This document shows positions 1 through 10,785 of a DNA stretch of 64,000 nt, piece after piece (the stretch's first letter is position 1; each line of letters begins with the position of its first letter). The notes below the pieces were generated by a model. That model was not told the DNA's origin. It ran no database searches and saw only the letters and a program-made list of their open reading frames with translations. The stretch lies in NCBI RefSeq assembly GCF_048403405.1, contig NZ_CP183129.1; one strand, given 5' to 3'. Made by a program: the position numbers and the translations under genes. This stretch comes from Escherichia coli (GTDB taxonomy: Bacteria > Pseudomonadota > Gammaproteobacteria > Enterobacterales > Enterobacteriaceae).

Positions 1-148
1 CGCCATCCTCGATGCAGAATTTGGTCTGAAAGAGAAAGGCTACACCAGTCTGGTGGTTGTTCCGGTAGGTCATCACAGCGTTGAAGATTTTAACGCTACG
101 CTGCCGAAATCTCGTCTGCCGCAAAACATCACCTTAACCGAAGTGTAA
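1..148 (+). CDS. nfsB: 3' end of oxygen-insensitive NAD(P)H nitroreductase (partial, start outside window)
   Basis: Open frame from position 2 ending TAA 146-148; translated tail ...[29 protein letters not shown] matches recalled NfsB C-terminus; synteny with ybdG/pheP. Confidence 0.85.
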
Positions 149-207
149 TTCTCTCTTGCCGGGCATCTGCCCGGCTATTTCCCCTCAGATTCTCCTGATT
201 TGCATAA

Positions 208-1503
<1,296 letters not shown>

Positions 1504-1512
1504 TTAAAAAAA

Positions 1513-1539
1513 CCGCTCTCATCGAATGGATGAGAGCGG
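1513..1539. terminator. Bidirectional rho-independent terminator hairpin between convergent ybdG and pheP
   Basis: Inverted repeat ccgctctcatcgaatggatgagagcgg flanked by A-run upstream and T-rich tract downstream. Confidence 0.6.
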
Positions 1540-1570
1540 ACATCGTTTTGTCGGATGTAGCGTGAATGCC

Positions 1571-2947
1571 TTATTTCCGACGCAGCGTTTTAAATGCCAC
1601 AAACAGGAATACAATCCACACCGGCAGCAGGATCGCTGACAAGCGCATATCATCCATCGTGCACATCAGCAGCAAAATCATGCCGAGGAAGGCAATACAA
1701 AGATAGTTGCCGAACGGATAAAGCAGCGCCTTAAACTGTGTTTCACGTCCCTGACGTCGCATCGCCGCGCGAAAACGCAGATGCGCCAGGCAGATCATAA
1801 TCCAGTTCAACAGCAGCGTTGCTACCACCAGCGCCATCAGCAGACCAAACGCTTTTTGCGGCAGCAGATAGTTGATTAACACCACCAGCGAAGTGATCGC
1901 TCCGGAAAGCATCAGCGAGTTAATCGGCACGCCGCGACGGCTGACGCGAGTCAAAAACTTCGGCGCATTACCCTGCACAGAAAGGCCAAACAGCATGCGG
2001 CTGTTAGAGTAAACCCCGCTGTTATACACTGACAGCGATGCTACCAGAATGACGAAGTTCAGCGCAGAAGCTACCACGTTGCTGTCGAGATTATGGAAAA
2101 TCATCACAAACGGGCTACTGTTGGATTTCACTTCCACCCACGGATAGAGCGCCAGTAAAACTACCAGTGAACCGATATAAAACAGCAGGATGCGATACAC
2201 TACCTGATTTACCGCTTTCGGAATGCTTTTTTCCGGATCGCGCGCTTCAGCGGCAGTAATCCCAATCAGCTCCAGACCGCCGAAGGAGAACATAATCACC
2301 GCCAGCGACAAAATCAGCCCATTCCAGCCGGTGGCAAAGAAACCACCGTAGCGCCAGAGGTTGTCGATACTGGCTTTCTCGCCGCCGTGCCCAGAAAACA
2401 GCAGCCACAGGCCAAAGCCGATCATACCGATGATCGCCAGCACTTTAATCAGCGCAAACCAGAATTCGGTTTCGCCATATAAGCGCACGTTTACCAGGTT
2501 AACGGCGTTGATGATAATAAAGAAGGCGGCAGCCCAAATCCACGTTGGAACATCCGGGAACCAGTACTGCATATAGATGCCCGCAGCGGTCAGCTCTGCC
2601 ATTCCCACCAGCACGAACATCACCCAGTAGTTCCAGCCGGAGAGGAACCCGGCGAACGGTCCCCAGTATTTATAGGCAAAGTGGGCAAATGAACCGGATA
2701 CCGGCTCTTCGACCACCATCTCGCCGAGCTGGCGCATAATCAGGAAAGCGATGATCCCGGCGACGCCGTAGCCCAGTAATACAGCCGGACCCGCCATCTG
2801 AATCGCCGGGCCAATGCCAAGAAACAGACCAGTACCAATTGCGCCACCCAGCGCAATCAGTTGAATATGACGGTTATGTAATCCGCGATGAAGCGTCGGC
2901 TCTTGATTCGACGCAGTATCTTCCGATACGGTTGACGCGTTTTTCAC
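1571..2947 (-). CDS. pheP: Phenylalanine-specific permease
   Basis: ORF 1571-2983; recalled 458-aa PheP starts MKNASTVSEDTASNQ, which corresponds to the in-frame GTG at 2945-2947. Confidence 0.9.
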   Translation of the reverse strand: MKNASTVSEDTASNQEPTLHRGLHNRHIQLIALGGAIGTGLFLGIGPAIQMAGPAVLLGYGVAGIIAFLIMRQLGEMVVEEPVSGSFAHFAYKYWGPFAGFLSGWNYWVMFVLVGMAELTAAGIYMQYWFPDVPTWIWAAAFFIIINAVNLVNVRLYGETEFWFALIKVLAIIGMIGFGLWLLFSGHGGEKASIDNLWRYGGFFATGWNGLILSLAVIMFSFGGLELIGITAAEARDPEKSIPKAVNQVVYRILLFYIGSLVVLLALYPWVEVKSNSSPFVMIFHNLDSNVVASALNFVILVASLSVYNSGVYSNSRMLFGLSVQGNAPKFLTRVSRRGVPINSLMLSGAITSLVVLINYLLPQKAFGLLMALVVATLLLNWIMICLAHLRFRAAMRRQGRETQFKALLYPFGNYLCIAFLGMILLLMCTMDDMRLSAILLPVWIVFLFVAFKTLRRK

Positions 2948-3048
2948 GCCTTTCCCCTGTGTGTCTTTTTTGTTGAGGGGCACCTTTTAACATTTAGTGC
3001 CCATCGTCGCAAGACACAATCCACACGGTTAAACCGGGTATCCTGCTT

Positions 3049-6000
3049 TTATTTCCGTACCCGATGTCGGTGCAGCCACATCAGCTTATACGCCGCCGGG
3101 ATAATAAACAGCGATAGCAAAGGCGCGGTGATCATGCCGCCAATCATCGGCGCGGCAATCCGGCTCATCACCTCTGAACCTGCTCCCGTTCCCCACAGAA
3201 TCGGCAGCAGACCGGCGATAATCACTGCCACCGTCATCGCTTTCGGGCGCACGCGCAGGACCGCGCCGTGATACAACGCCTCATCCAGCTTCTGCTCGCT
3301 GAATGTTTGCGGATTATTCAACGACGGCTCGACCTCTATGGCGTGACGTAAATACATCAGCATCACCACGCCAAATTCGGCGGCGACTCCGGCGAGGGCA
3401 ATAAAACCGGTGCCCGTCGCCACGGAAAGATGAAAGCCCATCCACCACAGCAACCAGATGCCGCCCACCAGCGCAAACGGTACGCTGCTGATAATCAGCA
3501 ACGCTTCGCCCACCCGACGGAACGCCAGATACAACAGCACGAAGATGATCATCAGCGTCATCGGCACCATGAGTTTCAGCTTATGGTTGGCGCGCTCCAG
3601 TAGCTCGAACTGCCCGGAGAATGTCACGCTGGTGCCCGGTTTTAACTGCACTTTTTCAGCTATCGCTTTTTGCAAATCGTGAACCACCGACACCATGTCA
3701 CGATCGCGGGCATCGATATAAATCCAGCTCGTCGGGCGCGCATTCTCGGTTTTCAGCATCGACGGTCCGGTAGAGACTTTAACGTCGGCCACGTCTGCCA
3801 GGGTGATTTGCTGCTTCATCGGCGTCAGGATCGGCAACTGGCGCAGTGCCTGCGGACTATTGCGCCAGCTTTGCGGATAACGCAGATTAATTGGATAACG
3901 GGCAATCCCTTCCACCGTTTCGCCAACCATCGCCCCGCCCACCGCAGAAGTCACAAACAACTGCACATCCGCCACCGTCATACCGTAACGTGCGGCTTTT
4001 TCACGGTTAATCTCAACGTTGATATAGCGCCCACCTTCCAGACGCTCGGCAAGCGCAGAAGCCACGCCTGGCACCGTTCGTGCCACCTCTTCAATTTGCT
4101 CCGCCATCGCGTCGATATCCGCCAGCACAGTGCCGGAAACTTTAATGCCGATGGGGCTCTTAATGCCGGTTGAGAGCATATCGATACGGTTACGAATTGG
4201 CGGCACCCACAGATTCGCCAGCCCCGGCAGACGCACGGTGTTATCCAGTTCCTCAATGATTTTGTCCATCGTCATGCCTGGCCGCCACTGATCTTGTGGC
4301 TTAAGCTGGATGGTCGTTTCTACCATCTCCAGCGGAGCAGAATCGGTGGCGGTTTCCGCTTTCCCGGTTTTGCCAAATACCCGCGCCACTTCAGGTACGC
4401 TCATAATCAGCTTGTCGGTTTTTTGCAGCATACTCGCCGCCTCTGCTGCGGAAATCCCCGGCAGCGTCGATGGCATATACAACAAGTCGCCTTCATTGAT
4501 CTGCGGTAAAAATTCCCCGCCAACTTTATTGAGCGGCCAGAGAACCGTCAGCACCGAAAGCGCTGCCACCAGCAGCGTGGTTTTTGGCCAGTGCAGTACT
4601 TTCAGCAACAGCGGATGATAAGCACGAATCAAAAAGCGATTGAGCGGGTTACTGCTTTCTGGCGGAATTTTGCCACGGATCCAGTAACCCATCAGGATAG
4701 GGATCACTACGATCGCCAGCAGCGCCGCACCCGCCATCGCATACGTTTTGGTGAACGCCAGCGGGCCAAACAGACGCCCTTCCTGCCCTTCCAGGGTGAA
4801 GATCGGGATAAACGACAACGTGATAATCAGCAGACTGATAAACAGCGCCGGCCCCACTTCAACAGATGCATCGGTGATCACCTGCCAGCGCGTTTTATTA
4901 TCCAGCGTGGCGTCAGGATGCTGGTGCTGCCACTCTTCCAGTCGTTTATGCGCATTCTCGATCATGACGATAGCGGCATCGACCATCGCCCCGACGGCAA
5001 TCGCAATGCCGCCCAGCGACATAATATTGGCATTCAGCCCCTGGAAGTGCATGACAATAAAAGCAATACACAACCCCAGCGGCAACGAAATAATCGCCAC
5101 CAGCGCCGAGCGCACATGCCAGAGAAACAGCGCACAGACTACCGCCACCACAATAAACTCTTCCAGCAACTTGCCGCTGAGGTTGTCGATGGCGCGGTCA
5201 ATGAGCTGGCTGCGATCGTATGTTGTAACTATCTCCACGCCTTCCGGCAGACTGCTTTTCAGCGTTTCCAGTTTGTCTTTCACGGCGGCGATCACTTCTC
5301 GGGCGTTTTTGCCGGAGCGCAGGATCACCACCCCGCCCGCCACTTCGCCTTCGCCGTTCAGTTCGGCAATGCCCCGGCGCATCTCCGGGCCAATCTGGAC
5401 CTTCGCAACATCGCGCAGATAAACGGGCACGCCATTTTCACTGGCTTTTAAAACGATGTGATTAAAGTCGTCGAGCGTTTGCAGATAGCCGCTGGCGCGC
5501 ACCATATATTCCGCTTCCGCCAGTTCGATCGACGAACCGCCCGCTTCCTGGTTTGAAGCATCCAGCGCGCTTTTTACTTCGGCGAGACTGATGCCATATT
5601 GCGCCAGGCGCTGGGGATCGATAACCACCTGATACTCTTTCACCACACCGCCCACCGACGCCACTTCCGCAACGTCAGGGATGGTTTTTAGCTCATATTT
5701 GAGAAACCAGTCCTGCAATGAGCGTAAATCGGCCAGATCGTGCTTACCGCTGCGATCCACCAGTGCATATTCATAGATCCAGCCAACACCCGTGGCATCT
5801 GGCCCCAGCTCAGCGCTGACTCCCGCAGGCAGCTTACCCTGTACCTGGTTGAGGTACTCCAGCACCCGCGAGCGCGCCCAGTATGGATCGGTGCCATCTT
5901 CGAAAATGACATACACATAAGAGTCGCCAAACTGCGAGAAACCGCGCACAGTCTTCGCGCCAGGCACCGACAACATAGTGGTGGTTAGCGGATAAGTCAC

Positions 6001-6192
6001 CTGATTTTCAACGATTTGCGGTGCCTGACCGGGATAGCTGGTTTTAATAATCACCTGCACATCAGAGAGATCCGGCAGTGCATCCACTGGCGTGTTAATG
6101 ATGGTCCAGGTGCCCCAGATACTCAGAAACAACGCGCCCATCAGCACCAGAAAACGGTTCGCCACCGAGCGACGAATAATCCATTCAATCAT
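3049..6192 (-). CDS. cusA: RND copper/silver efflux pump, inner membrane transporter CusA
   Basis: 1047-aa ORF, RND transporter; synteny cusCFBA. Confidence 0.95.
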   Translation of the reverse strand: MIEWIIRRSVANRFLVLMGALFLSIWGTWTIINTPVDALPDLSDVQVIIKTSYPGQAPQIVENQVTYPLTTTMLSVPGAKTVRGFSQFGDSYVYVIFEDGTDPYWARSRVLEYLNQVQGKLPAGVSAELGPDATGVGWIYEYALVDRSGKHDLADLRSLQDWFLKYELKTIPDVAEVASVGGVVKEYQVVIDPQRLAQYGISLAEVKSALDASNQEAGGSSIELAEAEYMVRASGYLQTLDDFNHIVLKASENGVPVYLRDVAKVQIGPEMRRGIAELNGEGEVAGGVVILRSGKNAREVIAAVKDKLETLKSSLPEGVEIVTTYDRSQLIDRAIDNLSGKLLEEFIVVAVVCALFLWHVRSALVAIISLPLGLCIAFIVMHFQGLNANIMSLGGIAIAVGAMVDAAIVMIENAHKRLEEWQHQHPDATLDNKTRWQVITDASVEVGPALFISLLIITLSFIPIFTLEGQEGRLFGPLAFTKTYAMAGAALLAIVVIPILMGYWIRGKIPPESSNPLNRFLIRAYHPLLLKVLHWPKTTLLVAALSVLTVLWPLNKVGGEFLPQINEGDLLYMPSTLPGISAAEAASMLQKTDKLIMSVPEVARVFGKTGKAETATDSAPLEMVETTIQLKPQDQWRPGMTMDKIIEELDNTVRLPGLANLWVPPIRNRIDMLSTGIKSPIGIKVSGTVLADIDAMAEQIEEVARTVPGVASALAERLEGGRYINVEINREKAARYGMTVADVQLFVTSAVGGAMVGETVEGIARYPINLRYPQSWRNSPQALRQLPILTPMKQQITLADVADVKVSTGPSMLKTENARPTSWIYIDARDRDMVSVVHDLQKAIAEKVQLKPGTSVTFSGQFELLERANHKLKLMVPMTLMIIFVLLYLAFRRVGEALLIISSVPFALVGGIWLLWWMGFHLSVATGTGFIALAGVAAEFGVVMLMYLRHAIEVEPSLNNPQTFSEQKLDEALYHGAVLRVRPKAMTVAVIIAGLLPILWGTGAGSEVMSRIAAPMIGGMITAPLLSLFIIPAAYKLMWLHRHRVRK

Positions 6193-6203
6193 TGGTTATT
6201 CCC

Positions 6204-7427
6204 TCAATGCGCATGGGTAGCACTTTCAGAGCGCATCCGCTCCAGTGCGCCAGAAATATTGGCTTCGGAATCAATCAGGAACAGGCCGCTGGAAACCACC
6301 TTTTCACCTTCCGCCAGACCAGAGCGTAATGCGGTGACGCCTTGCGATGCCTGGAAAACGGCAACGCGTTTCGGTACAAAGCGCCCGTCGGCATCAACGG
6401 TAATCACCCGCTGTTCGCTGCCGGTATCAATCAGCGCTTGTGACGGAATGAGCAGCATCGGTTCGCTGGCGGTGTTGAGTTGCAACCAGGCGTTCATTCC
6501 CGGCTTTAGCGCCTCGTCGGTGTTGTCGACTTCCAGGCGCAGCTGCAGCGTGCGGGTTGCGGCATCCACGCCGGGTAGCAGCGTCCATTTGCGGATGGTG
6601 AGTGTTTTATCAGGTCGTGCCGGAACGGTGAGCGTAAACTGCGAGGCATCTTTCACCAGCCAGGCGATGGACTCCGGGATCGCGGCAGTGATCCACACCG
6701 GATCCATACCCTGAATTTTCGCGACCACGTTATCTTTGGCGATATTCATTCCCGCGCGCAGATCAAACGCGGTGATCACGCCATCAATGGGCGCTTTGAG
6801 CGTAAAGCGAGTCTGGATTTTTTGCGTGGCGATCAGGCGGCGAATATCCGCCTCCGGCATTCCCGCCAGTCTCAGCCGCTCAAGAATGCCTTCAGTCTGG
6901 GTCGCCGTACCGCCAGTTTCGCGCAGCAGTAAATACTCACTCTGCGCTTCCACCCAGTCGGGAATGGTCAGGTCGAGAAGCGGCGCGCCCTTTTGTACTT
7001 TATCGCCCACGGTAAGCGGATACACCTTGTCGATAAACCCGGCGGCGCGGGCCTGCACAATGGCATACTGATACTCGTTGTAACTGACATTCGCCGGGAA
7101 ACTTTGGGCAAAAGTCAGCGGCCCGCGCGTGACGGTCGCCGTTTTCACCCCCAGATTCTGCGTCTGAGTCGGGTCAATGCGCACACCAGACGCAGAACTC
7201 TCTTCATCGGCATATTTCGGCACCAGATCCATATCCATAAACGGCGATTTACCTGGTTTATCGAACCGCGTATTGGGATACATCGGGTCGTACCAGAATA
7301 AGATTTTACGTTCTGCGGTCGACGTTTTTTCTGCGGGCGGTTCCGCCTTTGCAAACCAGGTAAAACCTGCCGCAGAAATAATACCGCCCGCGATCATGCT
7401 GCCGATAATAAGCGCGATTTTTTTCAT
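6204..7427 (-). CDS. cusB: Copper/silver efflux membrane fusion protein CusB
   Basis: 407-aa ORF with signal/TM N-terminus; position between cusF and cusA. Confidence 0.95.
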   Translation of the reverse strand: MKKIALIIGSMIAGGIISAAGFTWFAKAEPPAEKTSTAERKILFWYDPMYPNTRFDKPGKSPFMDMDLVPKYADEESSASGVRIDPTQTQNLGVKTATVTRGPLTFAQSFPANVSYNEYQYAIVQARAAGFIDKVYPLTVGDKVQKGAPLLDLTIPDWVEAQSEYLLLRETGGTATQTEGILERLRLAGMPEADIRRLIATQKIQTRFTLKAPIDGVITAFDLRAGMNIAKDNVVAKIQGMDPVWITAAIPESIAWLVKDASQFTLTVPARPDKTLTIRKWTLLPGVDAATRTLQLRLEVDNTDEALKPGMNAWLQLNTASEPMLLIPSQALIDTGSEQRVITVDADGRFVPKRVAVFQASQGVTALRSGLAEGEKVVSSGLFLIDSEANISGALERMRSESATHAH

Positions 7428-7442
7428 CTCATTAAACCTGGG

Positions 7443-7775
7443 TTACTGGCTGACTTTAATATCCTGTAATAAAGAAAGGTTGCCCTGCTGGACAAAATTA
7501 AACGCCACTTTGTCGCCGGTTTTTATTTCGCCCATCTTCGTCTGCGGGGTGATGGTAAAGCGCATGGTCATCTCCGGCCAGTTCACGGCAGCAATCGGAT
7601 CGTGATGGATAGTGATTTTTTTGCTTTCCAGATCAATACCTTTTACCACCCCTGTGGCACTAATGACCTGCGGTTGTGCTTCGCTCATGGTTTCATGATG
7701 ATGTTCGTTAGCCTGGGCATTAAAGCCAATAACGGTAAACAGACTGAACATTGCGACTTGCAGTGCTTTTTTCAT
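7443..7775 (-). CDS. cusF: Periplasmic copper/silver chaperone CusF
   Basis: 110-aa ORF, signal peptide MKKALQVAMFSLFTVIGFNAQA. Confidence 0.95.
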   Translation of the reverse strand: MKKALQVAMFSLFTVIGFNAQANEHHHETMSEAQPQVISATGVVKGIDLESKKITIHHDPIAAVNWPEMTMRFTITPQTKMGEIKTGDKVAFNFVQQGNLSLLQDIKVSQ

Positions 7776-7798
7776 TTATTCTCTCCTGGAGTTAAAAA

Positions 7799-9175
7799 TT
7801 ATTGCTGCCAACCGCCACCAAGTGCGGTATATAAAGAAATTTCGTTAACCTGACGGGCATAATTCAGGTCAAGTAAAGTTTGTCGGGTTGCAAATAAAGA
7901 ACGTTCGGCATCCAGCACTTCCAGATAACTGACTGCGCCGTGCTGATATAATGCCCGCGCCCGTTGCAAAGTAATTTGCAGCGATGCCAGATAACGCTGC
8001 TGGGCGCTAATTTGATCGTTCAGGCTTTGACGTAATGCCAGCGCATCTGCCACTTCTTTAAAGGCATTCTGGATTTTCTGTTCATAATTCACCACCGACT
8101 GCTGCTGGCGAATTTCGGCGATATCCAGATTGGCCTGGTTGCGTCCGGCATTAAAAATGGGGATCTCAATTTTGGGAATAAAATTCCACATCCCGCTGCT
8201 GGCGTTAAATAAGGACGACAGATCGCTGCTGGCGGTCGATATTCCGCTGGTCAGACTGATAGACGGGAAAAATGCCGCGCGTGCAGCGCCAATATTGGCA
8301 TTAGCCGCCATCAACGCGTGTTCAGCTTCCATAATATCCGGGCGCTGCAATAAGATTTGCGACGACAAGCCCGCCGGTAATTTAACGCTTTGCAGGCTGT
8401 CGCTGTTTACTGTTTGCGCTTGCGGCAGCTTGCCGTAGCTTCCCAGCAACAGTTGCAATGCATTATTCGCCTGCGCCAGTTCCCCCTGACGTTTAGCGAT
8501 GTCGCTGCGGGTACTTTCTATCACCCCGCGAGCCTGTTCCAGCGCCAGAACATTGCTGCTACCGGTCAACAGTTGTTTTTCGACAAACGCATATGACTGC
8601 TGATAATTACGCAGCGTTTCTTCGGCTATTTGCAATTGCGCATACGCCAGTTGCTGATTGAAATAGCTTTGCGCGACATTAGAAACCAGCAGAATATGCA
8701 CCGCGCGCTGGGCTTCCTCAGTGGCTAAATAATTTTGGCGCTCGGCTTCGCTCATGTTCTTTAAGCGACCGAAAAAATCGAGATCAAAGCTGGCGTTAAG
8801 GCCGGTCGAAAACTCCCGTGTCGTGGCGGTATTCCCTTTAAGATTACCGCTCCAGCTGCCGCTGCCCTCGCCATTGAGCTGTGGGTAGCGGTCGGCATCG
8901 GTCAGACGATATTGCGCCCGTGCCTCCTGCACTTTCAGCGTCGCCATGCGCAAATCCCGGTTATTCACCAGCGCCTCGCTAATCAGCGTCTTCACCTGAT
9001 TATCAATAAAAAAGGTGCGCCAGCCCGCGTTCTGGTAGTTATCTGCTGCGTTAACCAGGCCGTTCTGGCTGAGTGAGAACTGCTTCGGTACGGGCATTGC
9101 CGGACGCTGATAATCCGGTGCCAATGAACAACCGGTTAGCGCAAGGGCCACACAAAATGGCAGAAGTTTAGGCAC
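7799..9175 (-). CDS. cusC: Outer membrane factor CusC, 5' end and promoter replaced by IS26
   Basis: 458-aa ORF whose first codon (GTG, complement of 9173-9175) lies inside the IS26 terminal repeat; recalled native N-terminus MSPCKLLPFCV is here (V/M)PKLLPFCV. Confidence 0.85.
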   Translation of the reverse strand: MPKLLPFCVALALTGCSLAPDYQRPAMPVPKQFSLSQNGLVNAADNYQNAGWRTFFIDNQVKTLISEALVNNRDLRMATLKVQEARAQYRLTDADRYPQLNGEGSGSWSGNLKGNTATTREFSTGLNASFDLDFFGRLKNMSEAERQNYLATEEAQRAVHILLVSNVAQSYFNQQLAYAQLQIAEETLRNYQQSYAFVEKQLLTGSSNVLALEQARGVIESTRSDIAKRQGELAQANNALQLLLGSYGKLPQAQTVNSDSLQSVKLPAGLSSQILLQRPDIMEAEHALMAANANIGAARAAFFPSISLTSGISTASSDLSSLFNASSGMWNFIPKIEIPIFNAGRNQANLDIAEIRQQQSVVNYEQKIQNAFKEVADALALRQSLNDQISAQQRYLASLQITLQRARALYQHGAVSYLEVLDAERSLFATRQTLLDLNYARQVNEISLYTALGGGWQQ

Positions 9176-9990
9176 TGTTGCAAATAGTCGGTGGTGATAA
9201 ACTTATCATCCCCTTTTGCTGATGGAGCTGCACATGAACCCATTCAAAGGCCGGCATTTTCAGCGTGACATCATTCTGTGGGCCGTACGCTGGTACTGCA
9301 AATACGGCATCAGTTACCATGAGCTGCAGGAGATGCTGGCTGAACGCGGAGTGAATGTCGATCACTCCACGATTTACCGCTGGGTTCAGCGTTATGCGCC
9401 TGAAATGGAAAAACGGCTGCGCTGGTACTGGCGTAACCCTTCCGATCTTTGCCCGTGGCACATGGATGAAACCTACGTGAAGGTCAATGGCCGCTGGGCG
9501 TATCTGTACCGGGCCGTCGACAGCCGGGGCCGCACTGTCGATTTTTATCTCTCCTCCCGTCGTAACAGCAAAGCTGCATACCGGTTTCTGGGTAAAATCC
9601 TCAACAACGTGAAGAAGTGGCAGATCCCACGATTCATCAACACGGATAAAGCGCCCGCCTATGGTCGCGCGCTTGCTCTGCTCAAACGCGAAGGCCGGTG
9701 CCCGTCTGACGTTGAACACCGACAGATTAAGTACCGGAACAACGTGATTGAATGCGATCATGGCAAACTGAAACGGATAATCAACGCCACGCTGGGATTT
9801 AAATCCATGAAGACGGCTTACGCCACCATCAAAGGTATTGAGGTGATGCGTGCACTACGCAAAGGCCAGGCCTCAGCATTTTATTATGGTGATCCCCTGG
9901 GCGAAATGCGCCTGGTAAGCAGAGTTTTTGAAATGTAAGGCCTTTGAATAAGACAAAAGGCTGCCTCATCGCTAACTTTGCAACAGTGCC
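9171..9990 (+). mobile_element. IS26 (IS6 family), copy 1, 820 bp
   Basis: 14-bp terminal inverted repeats GGCACTGTTGCAAA at 9171-9184 and complement at 9977-9990; internal tnp26 ORF. Confidence 0.95.
9234..9938 (+). CDS. tnpA: IS26 transposase Tnp26 (R29H variant)
   Basis: 234-aa protein MNPFKGRHFQRDIILWAVRWYCKYGISY(H)ELQ... matches recalled Tnp26; codon 29 is CAT here and CGT in copy 2. Confidence 0.95.
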   Translation: MNPFKGRHFQRDIILWAVRWYCKYGISYHELQEMLAERGVNVDHSTIYRWVQRYAPEMEKRLRWYWRNPSDLCPWHMDETYVKVNGRWAYLYRAVDSRGRTVDFYLSSRRNSKAAYRFLGKILNNVKKWQIPRFINTDKAPAYGRALALLKREGRCPSDVEHRQIKYRNNVIECDHGKLKRIINATLGFKSMKTAYATIKGIEVMRALRKGQASAFYYGDPLGEMRLVSRVFEM

Positions 9991-10439
9991 AATTTTACGC
10001 CGTCGGCGGTACGCAGCCAGCGCGGGGATTTGAGTCCTTCCGTGAAATTCCAGACCAGCTCACACAGCAGCCCGGTCAGGGTTTGCTCCATTTTTGGTTC
10101 CGCCGGACGTTCCAGCAGAAGCTGGAGTAGTGCGAGGCAGTATTCGCACAAGGAATCAGGTTCGGAAATAAAGTGCTCTGGTGTGGCGGGAAGGGTATCC
10201 ACGGTCAGGCTTTCGGTAAGATGCGGTGGGATGGGGTCGTGTAGTGTGGGTTGCAGTAGCGCAAGAGCCGCGTGAAGCCGCCCGCAGAGCGCCAGTCGTA
10301 GCGCTGGATCGTCGGTTTCAATCAGGGTTTCGGCAAAGCGGGCGCAGTAGTCAGCAAGGACAGTGAAATCCGTGGTGGCATTGAAGGGGACGGTCAATAG
10401 ATCGAGTAAATCGCTGTCAGTGGTGAGGATTGTAGCCAT
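9972..10439 (-). CDS. Hypothetical protein, 3' end truncated by IS26 (last ~5 codons and stop supplied by IS26)
   Basis: 155-aa ORF with GGAGG 8 nt upstream of ATG; acidic, Leu-rich product; reading frame runs into the IS26 end at 9990. Confidence 0.5.
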   Translation of the reverse strand: MATILTTDSDLLDLLTVPFNATTDFTVLADYCARFAETLIETDDPALRLALCGRLHAALALLQPTLHDPIPPHLTESLTVDTLPATPEHFISEPDSLCEYCLALLQLLLERPAEPKMEQTLTGLLCELVWNFTEGLKSPRWLRTADGVKLALLQS

Positions 10440-10785
10440 AGGGCAACCTCCGATAAGTGGGTGTTCAAGCCACCACCGGAGAGGCTAATCTCGCGGGTGG
10501 TGGAACCGGGCAGGGTTAGCCTTACCAGCCTTATCGGACACTGGCGCGTCTTGCGACGCCCCCGCCCGGCCCACCATTGAGATGTAACCGTGCGAACAAC
10601 ACAAAAAAAGACGCTGGCGCGTCATGTGTCGCCGATAAGATTTCTTCAGGAGGCTAATCCCGACGCCTGATTTTGCAGGCGCGGGAGAAAGATACTGCGA
10701 TTGGTCATGAGTGGCAAGGGCTACATCATGTTTACCGACATCTCACGCAAAAATACCCTGATTATTAATAGCGAAAATCAGTTTC
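10440..10785 (-). other. GC-rich, repeat-rich non-coding region downstream of the RT gene; candidate structured ncRNA
   Basis: No ORF of 60 aa or more; hairpin ccaccacc/ggtggtgg (10481-10503); inverted pair ccgataag/cttatcgg (10451-10458, 10530-10537); direct repeats gaggctaatc (10490-10499 and 10651-10660) and ctggcgcgtc (10541-10550 and 10611-10620). Confidence 0.3.

Noticed and set aside
3458-5451. Several ORFs of 70-286 aa on the + strand inside cusA (for example 3670-4173, 4591-5451, 4748-5422)
   Set aside because: They lie antisense to a well-supported 1047-aa RND transporter gene and have Arg/His/Gln-rich, low-complexity translations typical of shadow ORFs in GC-rich coding DNA.
9216-9233. 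N-terminal extension MLMELH on both IS26 transposase ORFs (240 aa in the ORF track)
   Set aside because: Recalled Tnp26 is 234 aa starting MNPFKGRHFQ; the upstream in-frame ATGs fall in the IS26 terminal region and are not the accepted start.
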